The notes beneath the pieces are model-generated. The model was not told the origin of the DNA. It did not search any database and worked only from the letters and a program-made list of their open reading frames with translations. Shown piece by piece: positions 36,397 through 46,175 of a DNA stretch of 64,000 nucleotides. The stretch is taken from positions 7,057-71,056 of the forward strand of contig JAKSLZ010000002.1 in assembly GCA_024400935.1 (NCBI GenBank), read 5' to 3'. A program made the position numbers and the translations under genes. Every line of letters begins with the position of its first letter. The stretch's first letter is position 1. This DNA comes from Muribaculaceae bacterium (lineage in GTDB: Bacteria > Bacteroidota > Bacteroidia > Bacteroidales > Muribaculaceae).

Positions 36397-36858
36397 ATGG
36401 ATAATCTTATTATACAAGAAGGCAAGCCCGTGGCATTGTGCAGTGACCATGCGGGCTGGGCTACCAAGCAGGCAGTAATGAAGTTTCTTGACGAGCAAGG
36501 CATTGCTTACAAAGACTTTGGAACATATAACGAGGAGAGTTGCGACTATCCTGACTTTGCACACCTGTGTGCCCTGGCTGTAGAGGCAGGCGAGTGCTAT
36601 CCCGGCATCGCGGTGTGTGGCAGCGGTGAGGGCATCAACATTACGCTCAACAAGCACCAGGGCATACGCTCGGCGCTGTGCTGGATTCCTGAGATTGCCA
36701 GCCTGGCACGCCAGCACAACGATGCCAACGTGCTCGCTATGCCTGGCCGCTTCATCAGCAACGAGGAGGCCATTGAGATAGTCAAGACCTATCTCACCAC
36801 TGCATTTGAAGGTGGACGCCATCAGCGCCGCATCGACAAGATACCCGTGACTAAATGA
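36397..36858 (+). CDS. rpiB: Ribose-5-phosphate isomerase B
   Basis: SDHAG, DYPD, CGSGEG, ARQHNDANVL, FEGGRHQRRI; TAACTTTG promoter motif at 36360. Confidence 0.95.
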   Translation: MDNLIIQEGKPVALCSDHAGWATKQAVMKFLDEQGIAYKDFGTYNEESCDYPDFAHLCALAVEAGECYPGIAVCGSGEGINITLNKHQGIRSALCWIPEIASLARQHNDANVLAMPGRFISNEEAIEIVKTYLTTAFEGGRHQRRIDKIPVTK

Positions 36859-36897
36859 CAATAGTATAAGGTGGGGTTTTGTATTAACCCGTTGATA

Positions 36898-36940
36898 AAC
36901 AAAAAACTGCATCGATGAATCCATCGGTGCAGTTTTTGTT
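36898..36940. terminator. Bidirectional terminator between convergent genes
   Basis: AAAAACTGCATCGATG/CATCGGTGCAGTTTTT. Confidence 0.75.
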
Positions 36941-36959
36941 AGATAGTATTTAATGCCCG

Positions 36960-37523
36960 TCAGCGGCGGTGCTTGTGTCCAGAGCCTTGCTTGGTGGCGC
37001 CTTTCTTGGCTGCAGCCTTCTTAGTCTCGACAATGGTGCCGTCATAGGTGATGCTGTTGAGCACTGCGTCAAAAGCCTCGAGGCAGTCGTTCTGGGCGAT
37101 TGTGGTGATGAAGTAACCCTGGTTGCCTTCTTTCACGCCCACAAGGCCCACAGCCACCTTCTGGCTATTGCCCTTGGTCTGGATATAAACCACGCCCTCC
37201 ATAGTGTCGTTCTTGAAGTCGACGGTGTCACATTTTTCAAAGTTCAGGTCGGCAGCGTCGGCAAGGGCTGTGATCACGGTGTTGATCACGTCGTTAGTGA
37301 GACGGTCGCCCTCTACGGGCATGGCCGAGAGCATGAAATGGTTATCGGGGGTAAAATAGGTAACACCCTCTTTGTTGTCGCTCATCACCGTTGCAGTACT
37401 GGGGACCTGGCAAGAGAACCCCGACACCTTGCTGCCCACATGCTTCATGTCTACAGCACCGGCTACTGCCGGAACGATGGCTGCGATGAGTGCCACGATG
37501 GCACATAAGATTGTTTTTTTCAT
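36960..37523 (-). CDS. Secreted hypothetical protein with basic tail
   Basis: Signal peptide MKKTILCAIVALIAA; Lys-rich C-terminus. Confidence 0.7.
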   Translation of the reverse strand: MKKTILCAIVALIAAIVPAVAGAVDMKHVGSKVSGFSCQVPSTATVMSDNKEGVTYFTPDNHFMLSAMPVEGDRLTNDVINTVITALADAADLNFEKCDTVDFKNDTMEGVVYIQTKGNSQKVAVGLVGVKEGNQGYFITTIAQNDCLEAFDAVLNSITYDGTIVETKKAAAKKGATKQGSGHKHRR

Positions 37524-37529
37524 TTTCTG

Positions 37530-38123
37530 TTATGAATTAATTGTTTGTGATGTGTTGAAGTTGATTGACCGCATAATGGGGAATATATACTTGGCCTCGT
37601 CGTAACCCACACAGATGGTGCCTGCAAAACCGCCTCCGGCATCTTTGCTCTGGACAATGAAGATAGCTGTGATGTAGTCGTCTTCATAGCTCATCTTGTA
37701 CTCGAACCAACCCGCTACGGTCTTGTTGTTGATGTCGCCCCTTGTCAGGTCGTCATACATCGGGTCGATGTCATTGTCGTCAAACAGGAACTTATTGATC
37801 TCCTCTTGGTCAGCAAGAGTCGTTTCGCCTCCACTCTTTATGGGCTTGACGATAAATGAGCCCGGATAGCCGTTGTGTTCTAGCTCAAGGCTGTCGCGGC
37901 TCTCATACAATATCTTTGAATTAGGCAGGAAGGAGAACACAAGGTTTAAATCCTTGATGACATAATCTTCCATTGCTACGGTGTCTTCTTGCTTTACTTC
38001 ATTGGACGTGTTGTCTTTAGTTTTGTCAGAAAGCTTGGCGTCGCATGAAACCATGAATAGAGAAGCCAGCAGGTAGCAAGTGGCCAGCAGGCGTGAAGTG
38101 GAGAGAGTAATGTGTTTTTCCAT
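37530..38123 (-). CDS. Hypothetical lipoprotein
   Basis: Lipobox MVSC; tightly spaced between co-oriented genes. Confidence 0.7.
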   Translation of the reverse strand: MEKHITLSTSRLLATCYLLASLFMVSCDAKLSDKTKDNTSNEVKQEDTVAMEDYVIKDLNLVFSFLPNSKILYESRDSLELEHNGYPGSFIVKPIKSGGETTLADQEEINKFLFDDNDIDPMYDDLTRGDINNKTVAGWFEYKMSYEDDYITAIFIVQSKDAGGGFAGTICVGYDEAKYIFPIMRSINFNTSQTINS

Positions 38124-38138
38124 TTGTGTTATTGTTTA

Positions 38139-38876
38139 TTAGTTATTAATATGATTTTCAGTGGTAAAGGCGGGAGGTGTGGCAGGTTGCTCAACGGGGA
38201 TGGCGGGGGTGCGCATAGAGTTGATGCGCTTGGCGCTAGCCCTGAACATCCAGATGCAGAATGCCAGCCATGCAATCAACAGGATCACCTTAATATATTC
38301 GTTTTCGATCATCAGCAGCATGTCAAAGATGCCGTGCAGCGCAATGGGCACAGCGAGCGCCATGTAATAGTTGCGGCGGGCTGTAGCCTTAGAGCCAAAG
38401 TGAGCTATAGCAAAGAAGTAACCCATGGTAACCTGGAAGCAGAAGTGACCCGGCACCGAGAACGTGTCGCGAACGATGGCAGTAGAGACCAGCGCACCGT
38501 CGGCAGCGGCATTTATAAGATAACAGATGTTTTCAAATCCTGCAAAGCCCAGGCCTATACAGGCGGCATAGACGATGCCGTCAAACGGCTCGTCAAATTC
38601 TTTCATCTTGCGCACCAGCAGCCACAGCATCAAGAACTTGGCGCACTCCTCGGGGATAGCAGCCTGGAAAAATGCCTGAAAAGCACCGCCCAGGATTGAG
38701 CCTCCAGTGTCGGGCATCATTAAGGCAAACGGAAGGGCAACAAAAACAGAGATGATGCCGTAGATGATACCTTTAATGATGTTTTTGCGAGGTTCGGGTT
38801 GCACCATATCCTTGCGACGAATGTACACAAGCAGACCTATCACGGGCAGCAAAGCAAGAGAAATAATCGAAAGCAT
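38139..38876 (-). CDS. prsW: PrsW family intramembrane protease
   Basis: QPEP, AAIPEECAKF, FDEPFDGIVY, GLGFAGFEN, VPGH, LHGIFD. Confidence 0.9.
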   Translation of the reverse strand: MLSIISLALLPVIGLLVYIRRKDMVQPEPRKNIIKGIIYGIISVFVALPFALMMPDTGGSILGGAFQAFFQAAIPEECAKFLMLWLLVRKMKEFDEPFDGIVYAACIGLGFAGFENICYLINAAADGALVSTAIVRDTFSVPGHFCFQVTMGYFFAIAHFGSKATARRNYYMALAVPIALHGIFDMLLMIENEYIKVILLIAWLAFCIWMFRASAKRINSMRTPAIPVEQPATPPAFTTENHINN

Positions 38877-39026
38877 GAGCTATTGTTTGTAGTGGGTTGT
38901 GAATTAATTAAAATTGGGTTACAAATTTAGTGAATATTTTTGGAATAGGACATGTTTTGTGAAAATAATTGTATGTGATAGGGAGATTTTCATTAACTTT
39001 GCACATTATAATATTATTGTTTAGAT

Positions 39027-39569
39027 ATGGATAGTAATCCCACTTGTTTTGAAGAGAATCTGTTGAAGGACTTGTATGGTTACCTCAAGCTGCATGGCGA
39101 GGTTGATGACATGATGCCCGATGCTCCTGACATTGAGGAGAAATGGGTGCCGGTGGTCAATGCCTATATGGCCGACGGGGTGCGTGAGTTCCAGCAGTAT
39201 CCGCTCACTTCGCTGGGCTGGATGATGTATGTGGGCATGGCTGTGGCACAGAAGTGGGACAACGACTGGGAGGCTTTCTCGCAGCTCGAGGACCCGTATG
39301 CCGTGCTGCGCGATGTGCGCGGCTATGACGAGATGGACGAGTATATAGCTGAGGAGGTGCTGCAGCTCGACGAGCAAAAGTGCGAGGAGCTGACCAAGCT
39401 GGTGGGCAACTGCACCACACGCACTTACAACTACCTGATGCACCAAGGGCTGGAGCCAGGTACGGCACAGGCACTGCAGGCCTACATAGGCTGTCTGCAC
39501 CAGCTATACCTCATGGGCGCATGCGTGCAGCTGCACCGCATGGGCTACCACATGACGAAACTGTCTTGA
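39027..39569 (+). CDS. Conserved hypothetical protein
   Basis: 180 aa; [25 protein letters not shown]; TAACTTTG promoter motif at 38994; 1 nt from ruvC. Confidence 0.75.
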   Translation: MDSNPTCFEENLLKDLYGYLKLHGEVDDMMPDAPDIEEKWVPVVNAYMADGVREFQQYPLTSLGWMMYVGMAVAQKWDNDWEAFSQLEDPYAVLRDVRGYDEMDEYIAEEVLQLDEQKCEELTKLVGNCTTRTYNYLMHQGLEPGTAQALQAYIGCLHQLYLMGACVQLHRMGYHMTKLS

Positions 39570-39570
39570 C

Positions 39571-40137
39571 ATGAAAGACCAGTGGGATAAAATAATCATA
39601 GGCATCGACCCGGGCACTAATGTGATGGGTTATGGCCTGCTGGGCATCAAGAAGAAGACCCCGCAGCTCATAGCCATGGGGGTGATCAAGCTCAACAAGA
39701 TGGACGACCATTACATGAGGCTCAGACACATCTATGAGCGTGTGACGGGTGTGATAGAAGCCTATCTGCCTGACGAGATGGCGATTGAGGCTCCATTCTT
39801 TGGGGTCAATGTGCAGTCGATGCTCAAGCTGGGACGTGCACAGGGCGTGGCCATGGTGGCGGCCCTCAACCGCGACCTGCCCATTACCGAGTATGAGCCC
39901 CGCAAGATCAAGATGGCAATTACCGGCAACGGTGCTGCCAGCAAGGAACAAGTGGCATCGATGCTGCAACGCACCCTCAAACTGGACAAGGACGAGATGC
40001 CTGAGTTTCTGGACGCTACCGATGCCCTGGCGGCTGCCCTGTGCCACTTCTACGAGAGCTCCAAGCCCATCAAGAGCACCAGTGCCAAGTCGTGGAAATC
40101 ATTCATCGCCCAGAATCCTGATCGTGTGAAAAAGTGA
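39571..40137 (+). CDS. ruvC: Holliday junction resolvase
   Basis: [45 protein letters not shown]. Confidence 0.96.
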   Translation: MKDQWDKIIIGIDPGTNVMGYGLLGIKKKTPQLIAMGVIKLNKMDDHYMRLRHIYERVTGVIEAYLPDEMAIEAPFFGVNVQSMLKLGRAQGVAMVAALNRDLPITEYEPRKIKMAITGNGAASKEQVASMLQRTLKLDKDEMPEFLDATDALAAALCHFYESSKPIKSTSAKSWKSFIAQNPDRVKK

Positions 40138-40212
40138 ATGTTGTCCTCGCGCCGCGTTAAGAGTGATGAAAAATAATTGATGGCCGAGGGGGCATCTGGG
40201 ATATCGAGCAGG

Positions 40213-41976
40213 TCAATGGCCTGCTTTTTTTGTAGCCAGTCGTGTGTGTGGCTTATAGGTGGGGCTGATGGGGCTGCGCGTGGGGTCCAGATGAGATGTG
40301 TGGGCACCAGCCAGTTGGAGGATGAGGTGAGGCATGTCGTCGGTCTGGAAAGGTCGGGAACATGCGTCCTGAATTCTGGCCACCATGTCGGGGTGCAGCT
40401 CGCGGTAGCGTGGAGAGCACCATATCCACATGGGTACACGATATTGTGAGTCGATCATGGGTGCAGAGAAGTCATTGTGCTCGCGTCCCAGCGTTTCCCC
40501 ATCGTCATAGACGTTCTCGCCGTGGTCGCTGGCAAAGATTATCACCATGTCCTTGTCGGCATACCGCTTGAATAATTCACCGCATATAGAGTCCTGATAG
40601 AGCGTGCTGTTGTCGTAGTGCGCCACTTGTTCCTTTTGCTCGCGGTTGAGTGTGCTGCGGTCGTTGTAGTCTCGCCATGTGAAGTGCTGGCGGTCAGTGG
40701 GGTAGGAGTCGGCAAATGCCACGTGCTGCCCGTGAACGTGGAACATGAGCATGTTGTAGGGGCTGCTGGTGGGCATGGCGGCGTCTAGCTCGTTGAGCAG
40801 GCTGTCGTCATAGCGGTAGGGCTGCTGGGTGATGTAGTCCAGCATGAGGTTGCCCACGCGGTCGTCGCGCATGAAGAAGCCGCCGGTGCTGTCCCACACG
40901 CTGTTGCTGAACTTGGCATACTGGTTAGTGACATAGGCCACACGGTAGCCGGCAAGTTTCATGAGTTGGGGAAGCATGGGTGCATCGGTCCATGTGCCGG
41001 GCTGGTCCACACTGTGCAGTGAGAGCATTATCTTCATCACCTCTGACGTCTGCAGGTAAGGTGTCATAACGTCTTGCATGACAAAGAGGTTGCCCTGTTC
41101 CACCTCGTGCTGCTGGCATGGTGTGGTGGACTTGTTGTAACCATATATCTGATAGTGGCGCCTGATGCCGCTTTCGCCTATGAAGAGCATGATGCCCGGC
41201 GAGGTGTGGTCACATCCCTGCACCGTGGCGGTGCGTGCTGTGGCAATCACCTCGTCGCACTGGCGCGACGTGAGGCTGTAGAGCTTGGCGCCAAATCCCA
41301 GTCGCGTGAGGCTGGTGTTGGCTCCGCAGCCATGGCTCTCACGGGCGTGGATATAGCGTTTCTCAAAGTCTGAAACATTCTTGCTGCCTAGCACATAGAC
41401 GTAACCGGGTTGCTCCATGGCCCAGCCAGTGTATATGAAGTAGGCAATAAAGGCGATGAGCCCTGCCGCCTGTATTGCGGGACGGATGCTAAGCCGCTGG
41501 CACAGGGTGTCGTTGCCTTGCAGCTTGTGCAAGACTATTGCCAGGACTGCACAACACAGCGGGATGATGAGGTGTGGCAGCGTGCTCCACTGCAGCACAA
41601 AGCTTGTGAGGAACTGCGACGTCTCGCTGGTGCTGCTCTCAAGCATGAGCTGGAACACCTCGCTGGCCAGTGTGAGCCCAAAATGCGTGTTGATGAATAC
41701 CTCTATAGCCGTGAGTGCCGTCATCAGTGTCATAGTCACTGCTGTGACTGTTGTGCGCCATCGTCCTTTAAGGATAGATAATGCCAGGGCTATGACATAC
41801 AGCTCGGGCAAAGCCCCTTTGAGGAGGATGATGTGGGCATGCAGCAAGGCCTTGGCAAGCACATAGTAGACCACCATGGTGACAACCATGGGCCACATCA
41901 CGGTGAACGGCCGCAACAGGAATCGTGCTGTGGCCAGTGCGCATGATTTGATATGTGACATTGCCTGTGACTGCAT
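40213..41976 (-). CDS. Phosphoethanolamine transferase (EptA/EptC-like, sulfatase fold)
   Basis: N-terminal TM helices; IGES, IYGY, HVHGQH, YDNS, ASDHGE, VPMWIW. Confidence 0.85.
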   Translation of the reverse strand: MQSQAMSHIKSCALATARFLLRPFTVMWPMVVTMVVYYVLAKALLHAHIILLKGALPELYVIALALSILKGRWRTTVTAVTMTLMTALTAIEVFINTHFGLTLASEVFQLMLESSTSETSQFLTSFVLQWSTLPHLIIPLCCAVLAIVLHKLQGNDTLCQRLSIRPAIQAAGLIAFIAYFIYTGWAMEQPGYVYVLGSKNVSDFEKRYIHARESHGCGANTSLTRLGFGAKLYSLTSRQCDEVIATARTATVQGCDHTSPGIMLFIGESGIRRHYQIYGYNKSTTPCQQHEVEQGNLFVMQDVMTPYLQTSEVMKIMLSLHSVDQPGTWTDAPMLPQLMKLAGYRVAYVTNQYAKFSNSVWDSTGGFFMRDDRVGNLMLDYITQQPYRYDDSLLNELDAAMPTSSPYNMLMFHVHGQHVAFADSYPTDRQHFTWRDYNDRSTLNREQKEQVAHYDNSTLYQDSICGELFKRYADKDMVIIFASDHGENVYDDGETLGREHNDFSAPMIDSQYRVPMWIWCSPRYRELHPDMVARIQDACSRPFQTDDMPHLILQLAGAHTSHLDPTRSPISPTYKPHTRLATKKAGH

Positions 41977-41988
41977 GGAGTGGTCATC

Positions 41989-42136
41989 TATAGGTGGGTT
42001 CTATTAATTATGTCGAGGCGATTTTGAAATATGTTTTGAGTAGATTTTTGGCAACGACGGAGTCGTTACACTGTATCGTAACCGATGGTCTAAACCGTAG
42101 GAGATACTATCCCATAATTAATAGAACCCACCTATA
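41989..42136. mobile_element. 148-bp MITE-like (or invertible) element with perfect 24-bp terminal inverted repeats
   Basis: TATAGGTGGGTTCTATTAATTATG (41989-42012) and CATAATTAATAGAACCCACCTATA (42113-42136), 100-bp non-coding core. Confidence 0.7.
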
Positions 42137-42174
42137 ATGAGCGACCGCCTGTGTGGAGAGGGGCGGTCGCTCAT
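42137..42174 (-). terminator. Stem-loop after the endonuclease gene
   Basis: ATGAGCGACCGCC/GGCGGTCGCTCAT 13-bp stem; no U tract, abuts the inverted-repeat element. Confidence 0.55.
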
Positions 42175-42189
42175 GCTCGGTGTGGTTTA

Positions 42190-44829
42190 TTATTTGACAA
42201 TAATTTTCTTGTTTATCTTGTCGGCTGCCACCACATAGGTGCCTGCGGGCAGGTTGAGGGTGTGCTTGCCGTTCATCTTGAACTGTGCAATCTCCTCAGC
42301 ATCGGTGTTGTAGATCTTCACCTTGAGGTTGCGTGAGGTGCTCACTGTCACTGTGCCATTGCCGGTCACAGCATCCCATGTGCGGTCGGCTGCAAACTGC
42401 TGAACGGGTGCCGCTGCACTGCCGCTGGGGTTGTTAGTGATGGCGATGTCGTCGATGTTGCCGCGTGAGCCGCTGCTCTGCACGAAGCGGAATCGCACGT
42501 TGCCGGTGATGTTGACGTCGGCAGTGTACTCTTGCATTGTGGTGTTAGCGATAGAGTAAGACTGTGCGGTGGTCCAAGTCTTGCCGCCGTCGACCGAATA
42601 TTGAAGGGCAAGGGCAACAGTGCCGTCGCTTGCGCTCCATGATGATGCATAGAAGCTAACCTTGCTGGCGCCGGTAGTGATGTCCTCGTCCATGGCAATA
42701 GCCGAAGTGGCTGACTTGCCCAGGCGGCAGCTTAGCTTGCCGCGTTTCTGTGTGTCGGCCCAGATGCCTGCGTCCTTGAAGTCCCATTTCCAGGTGTTAC
42801 CTTGAACTTGCTCGGTCCAGTAACCGCCGGTATTGAGGTTTTCCCAGTCCTCAGTGAATGTCTCCTTCTGTGCAGGAGGAGTGGGAGGAGTGACTCCCAG
42901 GACGATGTTGAGGACAAAGTTGATGTCGGCAACATCAATAGTGCCGTCCTGGTTAGTGTCGTCGCGTCCTTCAAAAATGGGGTTGCTGCCGCGCAGCACG
43001 CTGTTTGCAACGCTGTTGACGTCGGCAATGTCTACTTCGCCGTCATCATTGACGTCGCCGGGGATGTAACCACCGGCAGGTCGGTTGACGGTTGCGGTTA
43101 CAAATGCCTCATCGCCGGCATAGCTAGCCGATGAAGCCTCGAGTGTGGCGTAGAAGGTGCCCACTGTAGACACGCTCTTGAGGCGGATGTAGAAATCCTC
43201 GCCGTCGCTGTCGATGGTGAGTTGCTTGCTCCAGTTGACCTTGTCAAGGCTGATGTCAAACATGTCGCCGCTGATGGTGAGGGTGATGTCCTCGTCGATG
43301 TTCTCGGTGTAGACGCGAGCGTTGAGCACGGGCAGAGTGGTTTGGCCACGTGTTGCGGTCATTTCAAATGCCTCGCCCTCGGTCACGATGTCGATGATGT
43401 GGTCGGCATCGAGGGTGTTTACCTCAACGATGTTGCTCTCCAGATACTTGCTCTTGAGCATGAAGTAGTAAGTGCTGTTGGGCTTAAGATTGCTGACGGT
43501 GTACTTGCCGGTGCTTGCGTTGACTGACACGGGGTATCCGCTGAGAGCAGTCTTGCCGTCTGCGAGATATACGCACAGGCTGTAAGCTGCCTGATCGTTC
43601 TGGTTGATCCAGCGAGCCTCAAACGAGTTGTTGGTCACGTTGGCCACGCTAGCGGGGATGCCGGTAACCACAGTGGCTTTGAGAGGAACGTTGACTGTGG
43701 TGCACTCGCTGCTCTCGATTGTGAGGGTACCGGTGAAGGCTCCTGCTGCTGAGGGTGCTGTGTAGTATACGGTGATTTCCTTACCCGCGATTGCATCGCT
43801 GGCGCTAATGGTGCTGGTGCCGGTGGTAAATCCGTTGCCGCTGACGCTGATCTCAAGGTCCTCGGTGAGGTTGACACCCTTGACGGTGATGGCAGTAGAT
43901 GATGTTGTTCCTGCAGCCACTACGCCAAAGTCGATGACGTTGCCGCTTGCGGGGGCAGTGATCATGGGGTCGGCTGTTGCGTTGGCATACCAGGGCTGTC
44001 CCACCTTGGTGCCCCAGATGTACTCGGCGAGCTCAGGGTGGTCGATGAACGGGTTGCGGTTGTTCTGCTTATACTTGCCGCCGTTACCGTCATAAACGGC
44101 CTGGTTGCGCTTAACCTCCTTGTCGCTCACGGGGTCCAGACGGTTCCATTCCAGGAGCATGTTGATGGCCCATGTGCTGAATGCAGGATATGAGGTCTTG
44201 TTGAGCATGTCGCTGTTCCAGTTGGCGATGCGGTTGTTGTAGGCTGCAGCCATGTAGAAGTAAGAGCGTGCAAAGTCACCCTTGTAGATGTCGTCGGGCT
44301 CAAACACTGTGCCGCTGTAGCCGGGATAGGTTGATTTGCCGAGCTTGCCCAGAGGTTTAGCCTTGCTGGTGCTTGCCAGGTAAGTGCCGTTAGCGCACAC
44401 ACCGAACGGGTAGTTGCTGCGCTGGTTGTTCACCTTACCGTCAGTGGGGTAGATGTGGAATGCGTCGCTCACCATGGGCGAAGCGTCGTTGAACCAGCTC
44501 TTGGGAAACGAGTGCTCGCGGTTGTAGCAGTCGCCCACGCTCGAGTAAGAGCCGCACTGGTTAGTACCGGGTTTGAATTTTGCAGTTGAATACATGTCGA
44601 GGATGTAGCCGTCAGAGCCTACGTCGGCATATTTGTAGAGGTCCCACAGGCCATCATAAGAAACGGTGGTGTGGCTGCCCACGATTCCTTCAAGAGCCTT
44701 AAGAAGGGCTTGCCCGGTTTTTCCTTCGGCAGCGCTGTAGTAGCCCTGTGGCTCAGCGGCACCGGCTGTGAAGGCAACGAGCATCACTGCTATTGCCATC
44801 AGCTTGCTGAATAGATGATTCTTGTTCAT
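42190..44829 (-). CDS. Secreted endonuclease I family nuclease with Ig/FN3-like domains, internal dockerin and probable T9SS CTD
   Basis: YNREHSFPKSW, DAFHIYPTDGKVNNQRSNYPF, KGDFARSYFY, NRNPFIDHPEL; GDVNDDGEVDIAD/DTNQDGTIDVAD; LPAGTYVV..KKIIVK tail. Confidence 0.9.
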   Translation of the reverse strand: MNKNHLFSKLMAIAVMLVAFTAGAAEPQGYYSAAEGKTGQALLKALEGIVGSHTTVSYDGLWDLYKYADVGSDGYILDMYSTAKFKPGTNQCGSYSSVGDCYNREHSFPKSWFNDASPMVSDAFHIYPTDGKVNNQRSNYPFGVCANGTYLASTSKAKPLGKLGKSTYPGYSGTVFEPDDIYKGDFARSYFYMAAAYNNRIANWNSDMLNKTSYPAFSTWAINMLLEWNRLDPVSDKEVKRNQAVYDGNGGKYKQNNRNPFIDHPELAEYIWGTKVGQPWYANATADPMITAPASGNVIDFGVVAAGTTSSTAITVKGVNLTEDLEISVSGNGFTTGTSTISASDAIAGKEITVYYTAPSAAGAFTGTLTIESSECTTVNVPLKATVVTGIPASVANVTNNSFEARWINQNDQAAYSLCVYLADGKTALSGYPVSVNASTGKYTVSNLKPNSTYYFMLKSKYLESNIVEVNTLDADHIIDIVTEGEAFEMTATRGQTTLPVLNARVYTENIDEDITLTISGDMFDISLDKVNWSKQLTIDSDGEDFYIRLKSVSTVGTFYATLEASSASYAGDEAFVTATVNRPAGGYIPGDVNDDGEVDIADVNSVANSVLRGSNPIFEGRDDTNQDGTIDVADINFVLNIVLGVTPPTPPAQKETFTEDWENLNTGGYWTEQVQGNTWKWDFKDAGIWADTQKRGKLSCRLGKSATSAIAMDEDITTGASKVSFYASSWSASDGTVALALQYSVDGGKTWTTAQSYSIANTTMQEYTADVNITGNVRFRFVQSSGSRGNIDDIAITNNPSGSAAAPVQQFAADRTWDAVTGNGTVTVSTSRNLKVKIYNTDAEEIAQFKMNGKHTLNLPAGTYVVAADKINKKIIVK

Positions 44830-44918
44830 GTTAAAAAGGTAGTTTGAGAAAATAATAAAATTTCAGTTTTTATGCTGGGTTCCATTCTCTCGTTCGACAA
44901 TAGAACCCTCCCCTTATG

Positions 44919-46004
44919 TTATTTCTTAGTTTTTGCTGCTTTCTTAGCCTCGGCCTGTAGTTGTTTCTCGCTCTTCACCTTGCCGGCGAGCATGCCGCAA
45001 GCGGCAGAGATGTCCTCGCCGCGGCTGCGACGAATGGTGCAGGTGATGCCCTTGCCGTTGAGGTAGTCGCGGAAGTGAGCCATGCGCTCGTCGCTGCTGG
45101 TGCGCAGCTTGGGAGTGTCAGGTATCATGTGGTAGCGGATGAGGTTGACGCGCACGTGCTCGTCGGGCAGGATCTCGCGCAGAGCCTCGGCGTGCTTGAT
45201 GTCGTCGTTAAACCAGTTCCACATGATGTATTCCACGCTGAGGCGACGCTGATGAGCGAAGTCGTAGTGTGAAAGCATCTCCATCACGTCCTTGATCTGA
45301 TAAATCTTCTCAAGCGGCATGAGCGACTGACGCTCCTCGTGCACAGCATTGTGCACGCTCACTGCGATGTGTACGCTGGTCTTCTCCACCAGCTGCTTGA
45401 GCTCGGGTTTCTTGCCCACGGTCGACACGGTGATGCGCTTGGGGCTCCATGCCATACCCCATGACTCGGTGAGTATTTCGATTACCTTCATCACCTCATC
45501 GAGGTTGTCGAGGGGCTCGCCCATGCCCATGAATACCACATTAGTGAGGGTCTCGCTCTCGGGGATGCTGAGCACCTGGTTGATAATCTCGTTAGCGGTG
45601 AGGTTGCCGTGGAATCCCTGTCGGCCGGTCATGCAGAAGTAGCAGTTCATGCGGCATCCCTTTTGTGACGAGATGCACAGTGTGGCGCGGTCTTCCTCAG
45701 GAATGTAGACGCTCTCCACAGCCTTGCCGTCGCCCACGTCAAAGAGGTACTTGATGGTGCCGTCCTCGCTCTTGTGAGCCTCCATGGGGTGCTTGAGCCC
45801 CACTACATATCGCTCAGCGAGCTTCTCGCGGTTGGCTTTGGAGATGTTGAGCATCTCCTCAAACGTAGTCACTCGCTTTCCATATATCCACTGTGCAAGC
45901 TGGGTTGCTGCAAACTTGGGCATGCCCAGGTCGGCAGTTACTTCACGCAATTCGCGCAGGGTCATGCCTGCCAGCGGTTTTCTTTGATTCTTCTTTATTT
46001 CCAT
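44919..46004 (-). CDS. rlmN: 23S rRNA m2A2503 methyltransferase (radical SAM)
   Basis: Start reassigned to MEIKKNQ (46004); CISSQKGCRMNCYFCMTG, VFMGMGEP, RSRGEDISAACGML. Confidence 0.95.
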   Translation of the reverse strand: MEIKKNQRKPLAGMTLRELREVTADLGMPKFAATQLAQWIYGKRVTTFEEMLNISKANREKLAERYVVGLKHPMEAHKSEDGTIKYLFDVGDGKAVESVYIPEEDRATLCISSQKGCRMNCYFCMTGRQGFHGNLTANEIINQVLSIPESETLTNVVFMGMGEPLDNLDEVMKVIEILTESWGMAWSPKRITVSTVGKKPELKQLVEKTSVHIAVSVHNAVHEERQSLMPLEKIYQIKDVMEMLSHYDFAHQRRLSVEYIMWNWFNDDIKHAEALREILPDEHVRVNLIRYHMIPDTPKLRTSSDERMAHFRDYLNGKGITCTIRRSRGEDISAACGMLAGKVKSEKQLQAEAKKAAKTKK

Positions 46005-46175
46005 TTGTGTTAAGTTGCTAATATTTTTGTAACCGACAAAATTACTAATTATTTTATAAATATGTGTAAAATGGGCCATAAATTTTGCCATTAAAGATAT
46101 GTTTTTGTTTTTTGCTTGCACAGAAAGATAATTTTGACGAAATTTGCGCAAAATAAAACCATTAACAAGAAGAGT

